Positions 1-9,272 of a stretch of 64,000 nucleotides of DNA are shown here, piece by piece. The translations under genes and the position numbers were made by a program. The notes under the pieces are model-generated. The model was given only the letters and a program-made list of their open reading frames with translations, ran no database searches and was not told where the DNA came from. The stretch is from Nitrospirota bacterium (lineage in GTDB: Bacteria > Nitrospirota > Thermodesulfovibrionia > UBA6902): NCBI GenBank assembly GCA_016234115.1, contig JACRHD010000021.1, positions 26,185-90,184 of the forward strand, read 5' to 3'. Each line of letters opens with the position of its first letter. Positions within the stretch are counted from its first letter, which is position 1.

Positions 1-342
1 AAGCGCCTCGCGTCCCATTACAGAGCAGTGCATCTTCTCGCGCGGCAGTCCGCCCAGGAAGTCAGCTATGTCCTGGTTGGTGACCTTCAGGGCCTCGTCA
101 AGGGTCTTGCCTTTTATTATTTCAGTCAAGGCCGAGGAAGACGCTATGGCGCTGGCGCAGCCGAAGGTCTGGAACGTCGCGTCAGTGATCCTGTTTGTTT
201 CTTTATCGACCTTGAGGAAGAGTTTTAACGCGTCGCCGCAGACTATGCTGCCTACTTCCCCGACGGAATCGGGCTTCTCTAACTCGCCGACGTTTTTGGG
301 GTGGAGAAAAAGGTCTCTGACCTTATCGGTATATTCCCACAT
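1..342 (-). CDS. nifU: Fe-S cluster scaffold NifU/IscU, N-terminal part (runs off window start)
   Basis: Not in the ORF track. My translation from ATG 342 is [19 protein letters not shown]...[12 protein letters not shown]...[14 protein letters not shown]...[12 protein letters not shown], with the three conserved U-type scaffold cysteines. Confidence 0.9.
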   Translation of the reverse strand, partial: MWEYTDKVRDLFLHPKNVGELEKPDSVGEVGSIVCGDALKLFLKVDKETNRITDATFQTFGCASAIASSSALTEIIKGKTLDEALKVTNQDIADFLGGLPREKMHCSVMGREAL

Positions 343-390
343 GGTGCTTATTTATTAACACAGCGTTTTTTTCTTGTCAAGGCGGGTGGG

Positions 391-419
391 TTTAAACTGC
401 CTGCCATATCTGTTACAAT
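391..419 (+). promoter_or_regulatory. Putative sigma70 promoter for the 483 gene
   Basis: TTTAAA-N17-TACAAT with an extended TG. A divergent TTGACA lies at 380-375 toward nifU. Confidence 0.4.
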
Positions 420-482
420 AAGGTTTAATTTTATGGCACGGTAGGCTTAAATTTATTTAATTAAAAAAGGACTGAAATTTTC

Positions 483-1403
483 ATGCGCTGCATCTTCGTC
501 ATCTTAGCACTGCTTTTTGCAAACACGGCCCTGGCGTCGGTTGATTACGGCTTCAACGGGGGCAAGGCCGCCTACATGCTCGGCAGGGAGTTTGATCTGA
601 AGGGTATCAGCGACGGGGCAGCGTATGATTCATCACGGGAGACCGGGACCTTTGCAGTCTCTGAAAGCCTTCAACTTGGCAATGACAGGGACACTGAACA
701 GGGCACTCTGATAAAATTCTCTGGTACGAAGGCGGCAGAGGACTCCCGCGACTGGAAAGGCATAAAAAGGGACACTCTTTATTTTATGGGTTATCAGTTT
801 GCCGTTATCGGGGCGCTGTATGTTGCGCCGGAAAGTGTGTCCTCATGGTCGAATGAGCAAAAAAAGGCATACAGTTTAAGCAGGTGGTGGGACAATATCA
901 CCAGTCCCCGTATGGACCCGGACAGGTGGTGGCTTAATTATATCACGCATCCCTATTGGGGCGCGACGTATTATGTGCGCGCCCGCGAGCGCCATTTCGA
1001 CGAGTTTGATTCGTTTAAGTATTCATTGCTTCTGTCAAGTATTTTTGAATTCGGGATAGAGGGTCTTTTTGAAAAATTGTCCATCCAGGATATCATCGTG
1101 ACGCCTGTCGTCGGATCGCTTGTCGGTACTTATTTTGATAAGGCGAGAAAGACGATAAAAGGCAGGGGCCGGTCGCTTTGGTACGACGATATTGTGATTT
1201 TTGCGACCGATCCGCTCGGAGAAGTCAATAAGGCCATGGACAAGCTGCTTGGAATCAATGCCAGCGTGGAGATAAAATCCATCCAGCCCCTGTACAATCT
1301 GAATGAACCGCTCCATTTTGAACCCGCCGCGCAGCAAGGGAAACCGCGCCCGAGGCAGACCGCAATGACTTATCCCGGCATTGAGCTGAAGGTCAACTGG
1401 TAA
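483..1403 (+). CDS. Exported DUF3943-like protein
   Basis: Signal peptide, motifs D.WWLNYITHPYWGATYY..AR and FEFGIE...EK.SIQD...TP..G, C-terminal W. Confidence 0.7.
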   Translation: MRCIFVILALLFANTALASVDYGFNGGKAAYMLGREFDLKGISDGAAYDSSRETGTFAVSESLQLGNDRDTEQGTLIKFSGTKAAEDSRDWKGIKRDTLYFMGYQFAVIGALYVAPESVSSWSNEQKKAYSLSRWWDNITSPRMDPDRWWLNYITHPYWGATYYVRARERHFDEFDSFKYSLLLSSIFEFGIEGLFEKLSIQDIIVTPVVGSLVGTYFDKARKTIKGRGRSLWYDDIVIFATDPLGEVNKAMDKLLGINASVEIKSIQPLYNLNEPLHFEPAAQQGKPRPRQTAMTYPGIELKVNW

Positions 1404-1406
1404 GCA

Positions 1407-1442
1407 ACCGTTCAAGGTGTTCAAACCGCTCAAACTGTTGTA
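1407..1442. repeat. Degenerate 9-mer tandem repeat
   Basis: accgttcaa ggtgttcaa accgctcaa actgttgta directly after the stop codon. Confidence 0.6.
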
Positions 1443-1475
1443 CCGTTATGCTGTCCTGCCTTTGCCAAAGACCGA

Positions 1476-1504
1476 TTGATGAAAGGGCTAAAGATTGTTA
1501 TAGT
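1476..1504 (+). promoter_or_regulatory. Putative sigma70 promoter for archease-rtcB
   Basis: TTGATG-N17-TATAGT with an extended TG. Confidence 0.45.
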
Positions 1505-1533
1505 CTTACTGTTGACTTTCAGGGTGAATTAAA

Positions 1534-1995
1534 TTGGAAAAATATGAGCAGATAGACATCTCCGGTGACGTAGGGTTACGGGTAAGAGGACATTCCGTTA
1601 CCGAGCTTTTTGTCAACGCGGCTGAAGGGATGGGGGAGCTCATTACGGACACGTCTCTCATAGACGTTAAAGAAGAAAAGGAGGTCGCGCTGACGTCCGA
1701 CGGCACGGAGGGCCTCCTTATACAGTGGCTTAATGAGCTTATATTCCTCTTCGATACGCATGGCTTTATCGGGAAAATATTTCGTGTCGATATAACCGGG
1801 GGGCAAGGGTCAGGGGGCAAGGGGCAAGGGGACAGAGGTCGGGATGAGGTTAAATTGACCGCAAAAATTTCAGGTGGTCTCTTTGATCAGGGAGTCAACG
1901 AAAGCCGGCTGCTCCTGAAGGCCGCGACGTATCATGATCTGTCGATCAGACAGGTTGGGTCATATTGGGAAGCGGAGGTGATTTTTGATATATAA
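1534..1995 (+). CDS. Archease (RtcB activator)
   Basis: N-terminal D...DVG, WLNELIF, C-terminal KAATYH...VIFDI; adjacent to rtcB; TTG start. Confidence 0.9.
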   Translation: MEKYEQIDISGDVGLRVRGHSVTELFVNAAEGMGELITDTSLIDVKEEKEVALTSDGTEGLLIQWLNELIFLFDTHGFIGKIFRVDITGGQGSGGKGQGDRGRDEVKLTAKISGGLFDQGVNESRLLLKAATYHDLSIRQVGSYWEAEVIFDI

Positions 1996-2017
1996 GAGGG
2001 TGAAAGGAACAGAAGGC

Positions 2018-2102
2018 GTAGTTAGTAGTTAGTAGTTAAGGGAGGCACTTCAAGAATCCCCCCTTAACTACTTGCTACTAACTACTTACTACTTACTACT
2101 TA
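2018..2102. repeat. Palindromic heptamer element, TAGTAGT family
   Basis: (gtagtta)n-AAGGG...CCCTT-(aactact)n. Confidence 0.85.
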
Positions 2103-2210
2103 ATCGGGCCGCCTTCGTGCCGGTAACAGGCGAAGCATTCTCAAGCACTCATCCCTCTTTCAATCAGTTTGATAATGCCCTATAATTAGAACACCAGTTT
2201 GAAAGGTGAA

Positions 2211-3656
2211 ATGACCATCGAAGGATTGCACAGAATCGACCGCGACAGGCTTGAGGTCCCCAAGGGCTACAAATCCGGGATGAGGACCAATGGGATCATC
2301 TATGTCGATGAGGCCCTGGAAAAAGAGCTTGAGAAAGACGCCATTGATCAGGTCGCGAATGTGGCCACGCTGCCGGGAATTGTCGGCTCGTCCCTTGCAA
2401 TGCCGGATATCCATACAGGATACGGTTTCAGCATAGGAGGGGTGGCGGCGTTTGATCTGAAAGAAGGCATTATCTCCCCCGGCGGCGTAGGTTACGACAT
2501 CAACTGCGGGGTCAGGCTTCTGAGGACCACTCTTGTCAGAGAAGAAGTCCTCCCTAAAATAAAAGAGCTTATTGAGGGCTTTTACAGGGACATCCCTACA
2601 GGAGTGGGATCTAAAGGGAAACTGCGTCTTGATTCCGCTGAGCACAGGAAAGTCCTTCTCAGGGGCGCGCGGTGGGTCGTGGAGCAGGGCTTCGGGGAAA
2701 AAGAAGACCTCGACCATACCGAATCTCACGGCTGCATTGAGGGCGCCGACCCCGAACTCATCAGTGAAAAGGCGTATGAGCGCGGAAAAGCGCAGCTTGG
2801 GACCCTCGGCTCCGGCAATCATTTTACAGAGGTCCAGTACGTGGATGAGGTGTACGACGAGAAAATTGCGAACAGCCTCGGCCTGTTCAGAAACCAGATA
2901 ACCGTGATGATCCATACCGGCTCTCGCGGCTTCGGCCATCAGGTCTGCACGGATTTCATCGAAGTGATGCAGAAGGCAGTGCAGAAATACGGAATAGAGC
3001 TCCCGGACAGGGAGCTTGCGTGCACGCCCTTTAACAGCCCCGAAGCGCGGGACTACCTGGCGGCAATGAGGGCTGCCGCGAATTTTGCATGGGCGAACAG
3101 GCAGCTTATCATGCACTGGGTAAAAGAGTCATTCATGAATATTTTCAGGACCGGGCCGAAGGCGCTCGGAATGGGCCTCATATACGATGTCGCGCATAAT
3201 ATAGCCAAAATTGAAGACCACACGGTCGGCGGGCGGGAGGTGAAGCTCGTTGTCCACCGTAAAGGCGCGACAAGGGCCTTCCCCCCGGGACATCCCGAGC
3301 TTCCTGATGTTTATAAACATGTGGGCCAGCCTGTTATAATACCCGGTGACATGGGAAGGGCGTCTTTCGTGCTCATCGGCACTGAAAGAGGGATGAAGGA
3401 ATCCTTCGGCTCCACCTGCCACGGCGCCGGCAGGCTGATGTCGAGGCATCAGGCCATAAAGAGGGCCAAAGGCAGGTCGATCTGGAGAGAGATGCAGGAC
3501 CTGGGAATCACCGTGAGGGCCACTGGAAGGGGCACTCTCGCCGAGGAGATGCCGGAGGCCTACAAGGATGTTGCAAATGTTGTAGACGTCGTGCACAGCG
3601 CGGGGTTATCGAAGAAGGTGGCAAAGCTCAGACCGCTTGGAGTGATAAAAGGATAA
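2211..3656 (+). CDS. rtcB: RNA-splicing ligase RtcB
   Basis: MPDIH.GYGF, GYDINCG, GSGNHF, HTGSRG, HRKGAT, HGAGR, EE.PEAYK. ATG 2211 follows AAGGTG. Confidence 0.97.
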   Translation: MTIEGLHRIDRDRLEVPKGYKSGMRTNGIIYVDEALEKELEKDAIDQVANVATLPGIVGSSLAMPDIHTGYGFSIGGVAAFDLKEGIISPGGVGYDINCGVRLLRTTLVREEVLPKIKELIEGFYRDIPTGVGSKGKLRLDSAEHRKVLLRGARWVVEQGFGEKEDLDHTESHGCIEGADPELISEKAYERGKAQLGTLGSGNHFTEVQYVDEVYDEKIANSLGLFRNQITVMIHTGSRGFGHQVCTDFIEVMQKAVQKYGIELPDRELACTPFNSPEARDYLAAMRAAANFAWANRQLIMHWVKESFMNIFRTGPKALGMGLIYDVAHNIAKIEDHTVGGREVKLVVHRKGATRAFPPGHPELPDVYKHVGQPVIIPGDMGRASFVLIGTERGMKESFGSTCHGAGRLMSRHQAIKRAKGRSIWREMQDLGITVRATGRGTLAEEMPEAYKDVANVVDVVHSAGLSKKVAKLRPLGVIKG

Positions 3657-3734
3657 GCTCTCAGCGATCATCTTTCAGCAGTCGGCATATCATTTTTCTC
3701 AGGATGAGCGCTGACGGCTGAGAGCTGACTGCTA
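3656..3734. repeat. Palindromic heptamer element, TCAGC/GCTGA family
   Basis: agctctcagcgatc...gctgacggctgagagctgactgct. A related copy is at 34587-34644. Confidence 0.7.
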
Positions 3735-3737
3735 TTA

Positions 3738-4601
3738 GTGATCATGGAAAAAGAACAGTTAAAAATCGGCAGGATCCCTTACGCGAACTTTTACCCGATA
3801 TTTTACTATTTCGATAAAGAGTGCAAAAATTCGGCATATAAGTTTGTAAAAGGCGTTCCTTCAAAGGTCAACAGGATGCTGAGGGAGGGCGAACTTGATA
3901 TAAGCCCGTCATCATCCATCGAGTTTTTGCGAAACAGGAGCGAATATCTCATACTGCCCTGGTTTTCCATCAACTCCTCCGGGTGCATCAACAGCATCCT
4001 CCTGTTTTCGCAGTGCCCCATACAGGAGCTCGGAGGGAAGGACATAGCGCTTTCTTCGGAATCCGAGACATCCGCCGCGCTGCTGAGGATTATACTGAAA
4101 GAATTTCTTTCCCTGAAATGCAGGTTCAGCCCGGTCCACAGGCGGAGCGTAAAAAATATCCTCTCCTCCTTCTCAGCGGTCCTCCATATCGGGGACACGG
4201 CGATGAGGGAAGCGAAGAAATTAGAGTCAAGAGTCAAGAGTCAAGAGTCAAGTGTTCTTAACTCTAAACTCCTGACTCTTAACTCTATCTATGTTTACGA
4301 CCTGGGGGATCTGTGGTTTAAATATACGGGGCTCCCCTTCGTGTTCGCCTTATGGATAGTCAGGAAAAACGCCGCTTCTGAAAAAGATGAGCTTGTCAGG
4401 CAATTCGCGTCAGACCTGCTGAAGGCGAAAAAGTATGCGAGGAGGCAATTCCCTCTGATAGCCGGTGAGACGCCCCAGAGAAAATGGCTGAGCGAAAAAG
4501 AACTCATTGATTACTGGAAGACGATCTCTTATGATTTCACAGAAAAACAGATGGAGGGGCTCAACCTGTTCGAGAAATATTTGAAGAAATTCAGGCAATG
4601 A
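3738..4601 (+). CDS. mqnA: Chorismate dehydratase (futalosine menaquinone pathway)
   Basis: IPYAN..P, PS.VN..L..G.LD, S.TS..LL, IGD.A, YDLG.LW...TGLPFVFALW. Confidence 0.88.
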   Translation: MIMEKEQLKIGRIPYANFYPIFYYFDKECKNSAYKFVKGVPSKVNRMLREGELDISPSSSIEFLRNRSEYLILPWFSINSSGCINSILLFSQCPIQELGGKDIALSSESETSAALLRIILKEFLSLKCRFSPVHRRSVKNILSSFSAVLHIGDTAMREAKKLESRVKSQESSVLNSKLLTLNSIYVYDLGDLWFKYTGLPFVFALWIVRKNAASEKDELVRQFASDLLKAKKYARRQFPLIAGETPQRKWLSEKELIDYWKTISYDFTEKQMEGLNLFEKYLKKFRQ

Positions 4602-4660
4602 TAAAAAGTAACAAGTGACGGGCAAATACAGACAGGGCCTAATATCTGAGTCCCATCGCC

Positions 4661-5542
4661 TTAAAAGCGATAAGTCACATTAACCACCCCGGTAAATATC
4701 TGCGTCCGGCTGTCGGGGAACACGATGTCCCGCCTTGAAATTATATTCCCGTGCTGAGTAATCTCCCGCTTGACTTCACTCTCGTTGAGATCAATAAGCG
4801 TATAACTGCCGCCCAGGTAAAGCCCTGTTTCACCGGTTATCTCCCGCATTACGCCTATGCCCGCGTCAAAGCATATCCCGTCCGTATCGAACACCAGTCC
4901 GCGATGGCTGCTGTTTCTTACGTCCCCGTCGAAGTAATAGGAATATGCCGCCCTTATATCGGCGGCCCATTTGCCGAACTTATATCCTGAGCCGACTCCG
5001 GCCCCGGTCCGCCATAAACTGAAATCTTCTGTAATGACGTCCCCGGCCCTGGAACCGTCGCTTGCAGTAAAATTCTTTCTCCTGAAGTGGATCCCGTCCC
5101 ATCCGCCTGAGAGATACGCCCTGTAATATAAACGGCCGAGACTGTTTTTATACCCGAACCTGAGATCGTAAAACTGGCCGAAAACACTCACATCATTTGT
5201 CTGAATCCGGACATCATCTTCTTTCCATTCTTCTTCACCTTCAAGCCCGACGGTAAAGTCTGTCACAAGCCCGGTATAAAAATTATTCAGCTTAACAAAA
5301 GAATACTCCCCTGAAAACCCGAAAAGGACCGTATTCAGTGTCGTTTCCGATTCAATGACCTGCCCGAAGACATCGGTGTTTTCTTCATATTTCAACACGC
5401 CGTAGCCCGCGTGAGAGCCGACCCCGAAGTTGCCGGCATAAGCACTCCCCGCAAGAAACAGGTAAACAACGACACACAGAATATATGTCAACTTAAGATT
5501 TTTCTTTCTCAAAATGTACCTCAGATATAGTGAGGAAGCCAT
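4661..5542 (-). CDS. Putative outer-membrane beta-barrel protein (start uncertain)
   Basis: Signal peptide ending AYA, amphipathic strands, C-terminal VTYRF. Confidence 0.65.
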   Translation of the reverse strand: MASSLYLRYILRKKNLKLTYILCVVVYLFLAGSAYAGNFGVGSHAGYGVLKYEENTDVFGQVIESETTLNTVLFGFSGEYSFVKLNNFYTGLVTDFTVGLEGEEEWKEDDVRIQTNDVSVFGQFYDLRFGYKNSLGRLYYRAYLSGGWDGIHFRRKNFTASDGSRAGDVITEDFSLWRTGAGVGSGYKFGKWAADIRAAYSYYFDGDVRNSSHRGLVFDTDGICFDAGIGVMREITGETGLYLGGSYTLIDLNESEVKREITQHGNIISRRDIVFPDSRTQIFTGVVNVTYRF

Positions 5543-5602
5543 GAAGTGCGGAAGCGATGAAGTAAAAAGACGGATAAATGCCGTCGTTATACCCTCACTC
5601 CA

Positions 5603-6679
5603 TCACTTCATCGAATCGGCAACCGCCCTGTTCATGACTTCCCCTCTGTATGTATTGAGCGCGCTCCTCAACGTTTTATGGTCCGTAACTGCTCCTTCTA
5701 TTCCGGCGTTTGCAATCATGGCAATATATTTAATGCTCTCCGAGGTAAGCGCCAGGGTGGACGTCCTCGGATAGGCCCCCGGCATATTTGCAACTGAATA
5801 ATGAATTACCCCTTCTACGCTGTAAACCGGATTGCCGTGGGTCGTAGGCCTTGTGGTCTCCACACAGCCTCCCTGGTCCACGGAGACGTCGACAATGACC
5901 GCCCCCTTTTTCATTCGTGATACAAGTTCCCGCGAGACCAGTTTCGGCGTCCTCGCCCCGGTAATGTAAACTGCGCCGATCAGCGCGTCCGCCGCTACCG
6001 CCTCAGATTCTATCAGCTCTCTTGCTGCCGCGAGCGTTTTCACCTTGCCGTGATAAAGTTCATCAATCCGTTTAAGCTTCTCCATCCCCCTGTTTATGAC
6101 CGTAATGTCCGCGCCCATGCCGTGGGCGACTTTCAGGGCGCTCATGCCGACAATCCCGGCCCCTAATATGAGGACGCGGGCCGGAGAGACCCCGGCGGCC
6201 CCCGTCAAAAGCAGTCCTGAGCCTCCGTGTATTTTCTGCATGTAGTACGCCGCCATGACCGGGGCCATCTTGCCCGCGATTTCGCTCATGGGCTGAAGAA
6301 GGGGCAGCGCCCCGCCGGCCTCAAGGGTCTCATACGCAAATCCCGTTATGTGTTTTTCCAATAAAATTTTTACAAGCCCGGGGTTTGAGGCGAGATGAAG
6401 GAACGTAAATAAGGCCTGCCCTTTTTTGAGGAGGGAATATTCCGAAGGCAAAGGCTCTTTTACTTTTACAATAAACTCTGAAGCGGCGAATACGGTCTCC
6501 CTGTCCGAAATCTCCGCGCCCGCATTAAGGTACTCTTCATCGGAAAAGCCGCTCCCCATGCCTGCGGATTTCCCGACGATTACCCGGTGTCCTTCCCTGA
6601 TGAGTTCAGCGACCCCCGACGGCGTTGCGCCGACCCTGTATTCATGCTCCTTTATCTCTTTTGGAATGCCGATTATCAT
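5603..6679 (-). CDS. ald: Alanine dehydrogenase
   Basis: IGIPKEIK..EYRV, VKVKEP, FTFLHLA, PMSEIAG, DVSVDQGG, VANMPGAYPRTST. Confidence 0.95.
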   Translation of the reverse strand: MIIGIPKEIKEHEYRVGATPSGVAELIREGHRVIVGKSAGMGSGFSDEEYLNAGAEISDRETVFAASEFIVKVKEPLPSEYSLLKKGQALFTFLHLASNPGLVKILLEKHITGFAYETLEAGGALPLLQPMSEIAGKMAPVMAAYYMQKIHGGSGLLLTGAAGVSPARVLILGAGIVGMSALKVAHGMGADITVINRGMEKLKRIDELYHGKVKTLAAARELIESEAVAADALIGAVYITGARTPKLVSRELVSRMKKGAVIVDVSVDQGGCVETTRPTTHGNPVYSVEGVIHYSVANMPGAYPRTSTLALTSESIKYIAMIANAGIEGAVTDHKTLRSALNTYRGEVMNRAVADSMK

Positions 6680-6819
6680 AAAAGAAAAGGGTCAAGGGTC
6701 AAGGGTCAAGGGTCCGGCAAATGAATGTATCCGGAAGTAGGTAAAAACATGCTCCGGTAACCATGTCAGCAATAATTTGAAATATCTGATAATCAATAAC
6801 ATGAAAGGTTGCCGGCTAC

Positions 6820-7155
6820 TCAAAACCCGGGGAAGACCTTTATTTCAAGGGGGGTCCCGTTACCGGGGAGATACGCTGCCTTTAATATCCCGCCTTCCAC
6901 ATATGAGAGGCTGAAGTTTCCGAACCCTTCCCTTACAACACTTTTGGCATTGGAAGGGCATCCGGCCTCACAACCCGCTACTCCCCTGATCATCCGGGGG
7001 ATAAGCTGATCTATCCTGAGGTCTATTATGTCTATTCCCTTGTCTTTTACGAAGTCGATTACACTTCTAATTACTTGTGAGAGGTCAACACGGTGAGGGT
7101 TTTCAATATTGATCGTTACAGATTCTTTTCCAACGCTGATGTCGATGTCCATCAA
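6820..7155 (-). CDS. Hypothetical protein with CxxxC motif
   Basis: GGAGG RBS, coherent 111-aa ORF, GCEAGCP. Confidence 0.6.
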   Translation of the reverse strand: MMDIDISVGKESVTINIENPHRVDLSQVIRSVIDFVKDKGIDIIDLRIDQLIPRMIRGVAGCEAGCPSNAKSVVREGFGNFSLSYVEGGILKAAYLPGNGTPLEIKVFPGF

Positions 7156-7283
7156 TATCCTCCGGCAAACAGGATTTGCTGTAACAAAGTTTTATATTAC
7201 CAAATTTGGTATGACTTATAAAATAGCGGCCGGCGATCAGCTTTTGTCCCATCCTGAAATACAAAAGCTGAGTATCATAGTTT

Positions 7284-7360
7284 GTCATTCCCGCAGTTAG
7301 TAAGCGGGAATCCAGAAGGCTGAAAGCCTGGATGCCCGATAAAAAACCTCGGGCATGACG
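7284..7360. repeat. REP-like double hairpin, GTCATTCCCG family
   Basis: gtcattcccgc..gcgggaatcc...ggatgcccga..tcgggcatgac. Near-identical to 22781-22859 and the 3' part of 55057-55181. Confidence 0.85.
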
Positions 7361-7386
7361 GACAAGGTGTTGTACTTATAAACTGA

Positions 7387-7995
7387 TTAGAGAGCCAGCC
7401 CTTTTTCCCCGATATATCTCTGAAGCTCTCTCAGCGCTTTTCCCCTGTGGCTTAAGGCGTTCTTTTCATCGTCACTCATCTCGGCAAAGGTCCTGTCGTG
7501 CCCTTCGGGATAGAAGAGGGGGTCGTAGCCGAACCCTTTCGTTCCCCGCATCTGCGTCCCTATTCTCCCTTCCACACGACCGAAAAAGGTCCGCACAGCG
7601 CCTTTCACCGCAAGCGCCATGCAGCAGACAAAGCGCGCGCTCCTTCTTTCACGAGAGACATCCTTCATTTCTATCAGGAGCTTTTCATTATTCGCAGTAT
7701 CGTCCGCGTCTTCTCCGGCAAAGCGCGCTGAAAAAACACCGGGGGCCCCGTTGAGCGCGTCGGCCTCAAGGCCGGAATCGTCGGCTATCGCGGGCAGACC
7801 CGTGCATTCCGATATATACCGGGCCTTCTTGACGGCATTTTCCTCAAAGGTCTTTCCGTCCTCTTCCACCTCGCGGCACTGAGGGAAATCATCCGGGACC
7901 AATATATTAATATCAGCTCCGGAGATCGCTTCACGCATTATCTTCTTCATTTCCTCAATCTTCTTTTTATTCCGTGTTGCAAGAACGATGTCCAT
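7387..7995 (-). CDS. rdgB: XTP/dITP diphosphatase (HAM1)
   Basis: ATRN..K..E, ENA..KA, ADDSGL, GFGYDP.F, SHRG.A. Confidence 0.95.
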   Translation of the reverse strand: MDIVLATRNKKKIEEMKKIMREAISGADINILVPDDFPQCREVEEDGKTFEENAVKKARYISECTGLPAIADDSGLEADALNGAPGVFSARFAGEDADDTANNEKLLIEMKDVSRERRSARFVCCMALAVKGAVRTFFGRVEGRIGTQMRGTKGFGYDPLFYPEGHDRTFAEMSDDEKNALSHRGKALRELQRYIGEKGLAL

Positions 7996-8067
7996 GTAAA
8001 TTATTGTTTACAAAATCCCCCTTCATCCCCCTTTTACAAAGGGGGAAAGATATTTTCATGCCCCTGC

Positions 8068-8144
8068 TTAACTCATAACTCATAACTCATAACTCATAAC
8101 TCATAACTCTTAACTCTTAACTCTTGACTCTTGACTCATAACTC
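8068..8144. repeat. 11 x 7-nt tandem array (ATAACTC/TTAACTC/TTGACTC)
   Basis: 77 nt read directly; it supplies the last codons and stop of pdxA. Confidence 0.9.
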
Positions 8145-9110
8145 TAATCTCGCCGCAAGCTTTATCGCTTCGATCATGCTCGCGGGGTTTGCTTTGCCTT
8201 TCCAGGCGATGTCGAAGGCGGTGCCGTGGTCCGGCGACGTCCTTATGACGGGTAATCCGACAGTGACGTTTACCCCTGTATCGAAGGCTATCATTTTAAA
8301 GGGGACCAGCCCCTGGTCGTGGTACATGCATACGACCATATCGAATTCGCCGTTATATGCCCTGTGAAAGATAACATCCGGAGGGTAAGGGCCCGAGACA
8401 TGGGTCCCTCCTGCCCGCGCCTTTTTTATCGCGGGGCTGATAGCAGCCGACTCCTCTTTGCCGAGAATGCCTGATTCACCCGCGTGCGGATTAAGCCCTG
8501 CCACGGCAATCCGGGGGTCTGCGACTCCGAGCATACGCATGCCTCTTTCAGCAAGGTTGATGGTCTTGCGGACCAGCTTCTCATTTATCCTTCCCGGCAC
8601 ATCCCGAAGCCGGATGTGAATAGTGCACAGGATGAGTTTCAATTTATCGCTCACAAACATCATCGCGAAATCTTTCGTATTCGTAAGCTCCGCCAGAAGC
8701 TCCGTATGCCCGGGCCACTTATATCCGGCCATCTTCAGCGACTCTTTTGAGATCGGCGCGGTCACGACCGCATCGACTTCTTTGCTCAACGCAAGCCCGA
8801 CCGCGCGCCTGATATAGCCGGCAACCGCTGCGCCTGCGTTCTTTGACGGGGCGCATTTTTTGAAAGGGAAGCGCGATTTGATATCAATAACATCGATCCG
8901 TCCTCTTTCGGGTTTCGACTTCGACGGGGCCGTAACGGGATTGATTTCAAGCGGCAATTTCGTGAGCCTTACGGCCTGCCTCATAATTTCCGCGCTGCCG
9001 ATGACAAGCGGATTGCAGCGCCTCCTTATCCCGGAATGATAAAGCGCCCTGACAATCACCTCCGGCCCAACGCCGCCGGGTTCTCCCATGGTTATGGCGA
9101 TCTTCTTCAT
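8136..9110 (-). CDS. pdxA: 4-hydroxythreonine-4-phosphate dehydrogenase
   Basis: TMGEP.GVGPE, TAPISK, GHTE, NPHAGE, MYHDQG, RTSPDHGTAFDIA. Confidence 0.95.
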   Translation of the reverse strand: MKKIAITMGEPGGVGPEVIVRALYHSGIRRRCNPLVIGSAEIMRQAVRLTKLPLEINPVTAPSKSKPERGRIDVIDIKSRFPFKKCAPSKNAGAAVAGYIRRAVGLALSKEVDAVVTAPISKESLKMAGYKWPGHTELLAELTNTKDFAMMFVSDKLKLILCTIHIRLRDVPGRINEKLVRKTINLAERGMRMLGVADPRIAVAGLNPHAGESGILGKEESAAISPAIKKARAGGTHVSGPYPPDVIFHRAYNGEFDMVVCMYHDQGLVPFKMIAFDTGVNVTVGLPVIRTSPDHGTAFDIAWKGKANPASMIEAIKLAARLEL

Positions 9111-9272
9111 ATGCCGGAATTATATAATAACCGGGGAGGAATTCCCACATTCAGTCTCGTCGCCGTCTTCAGCGTGATCAGAATGGAAGCCCCCTTCACC
9201 CCTTTTTTTTCAAATGCGGGAATACGCCGTTTGACCGGGCGATTAGAGAAAACGTATGGTATTATTATCTGG

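Noticed and set aside
434-450. Sigma54 promoter TGGCACG
   Set aside because: The GG-to-GC spacing is 8 nt, not 10.
2160-3116. 318-aa minus-strand ORF
   Set aside because: Antisense shadow of rtcB with no recognisable motifs.
1534-3656. Archease-RtcB pair as novel
   Set aside because: This pairing is already well established.
8068-8144. Tandem arrays as CRISPR
   Set aside because: Units are 7-10 nt with no unique spacers, and no cas genes are present.
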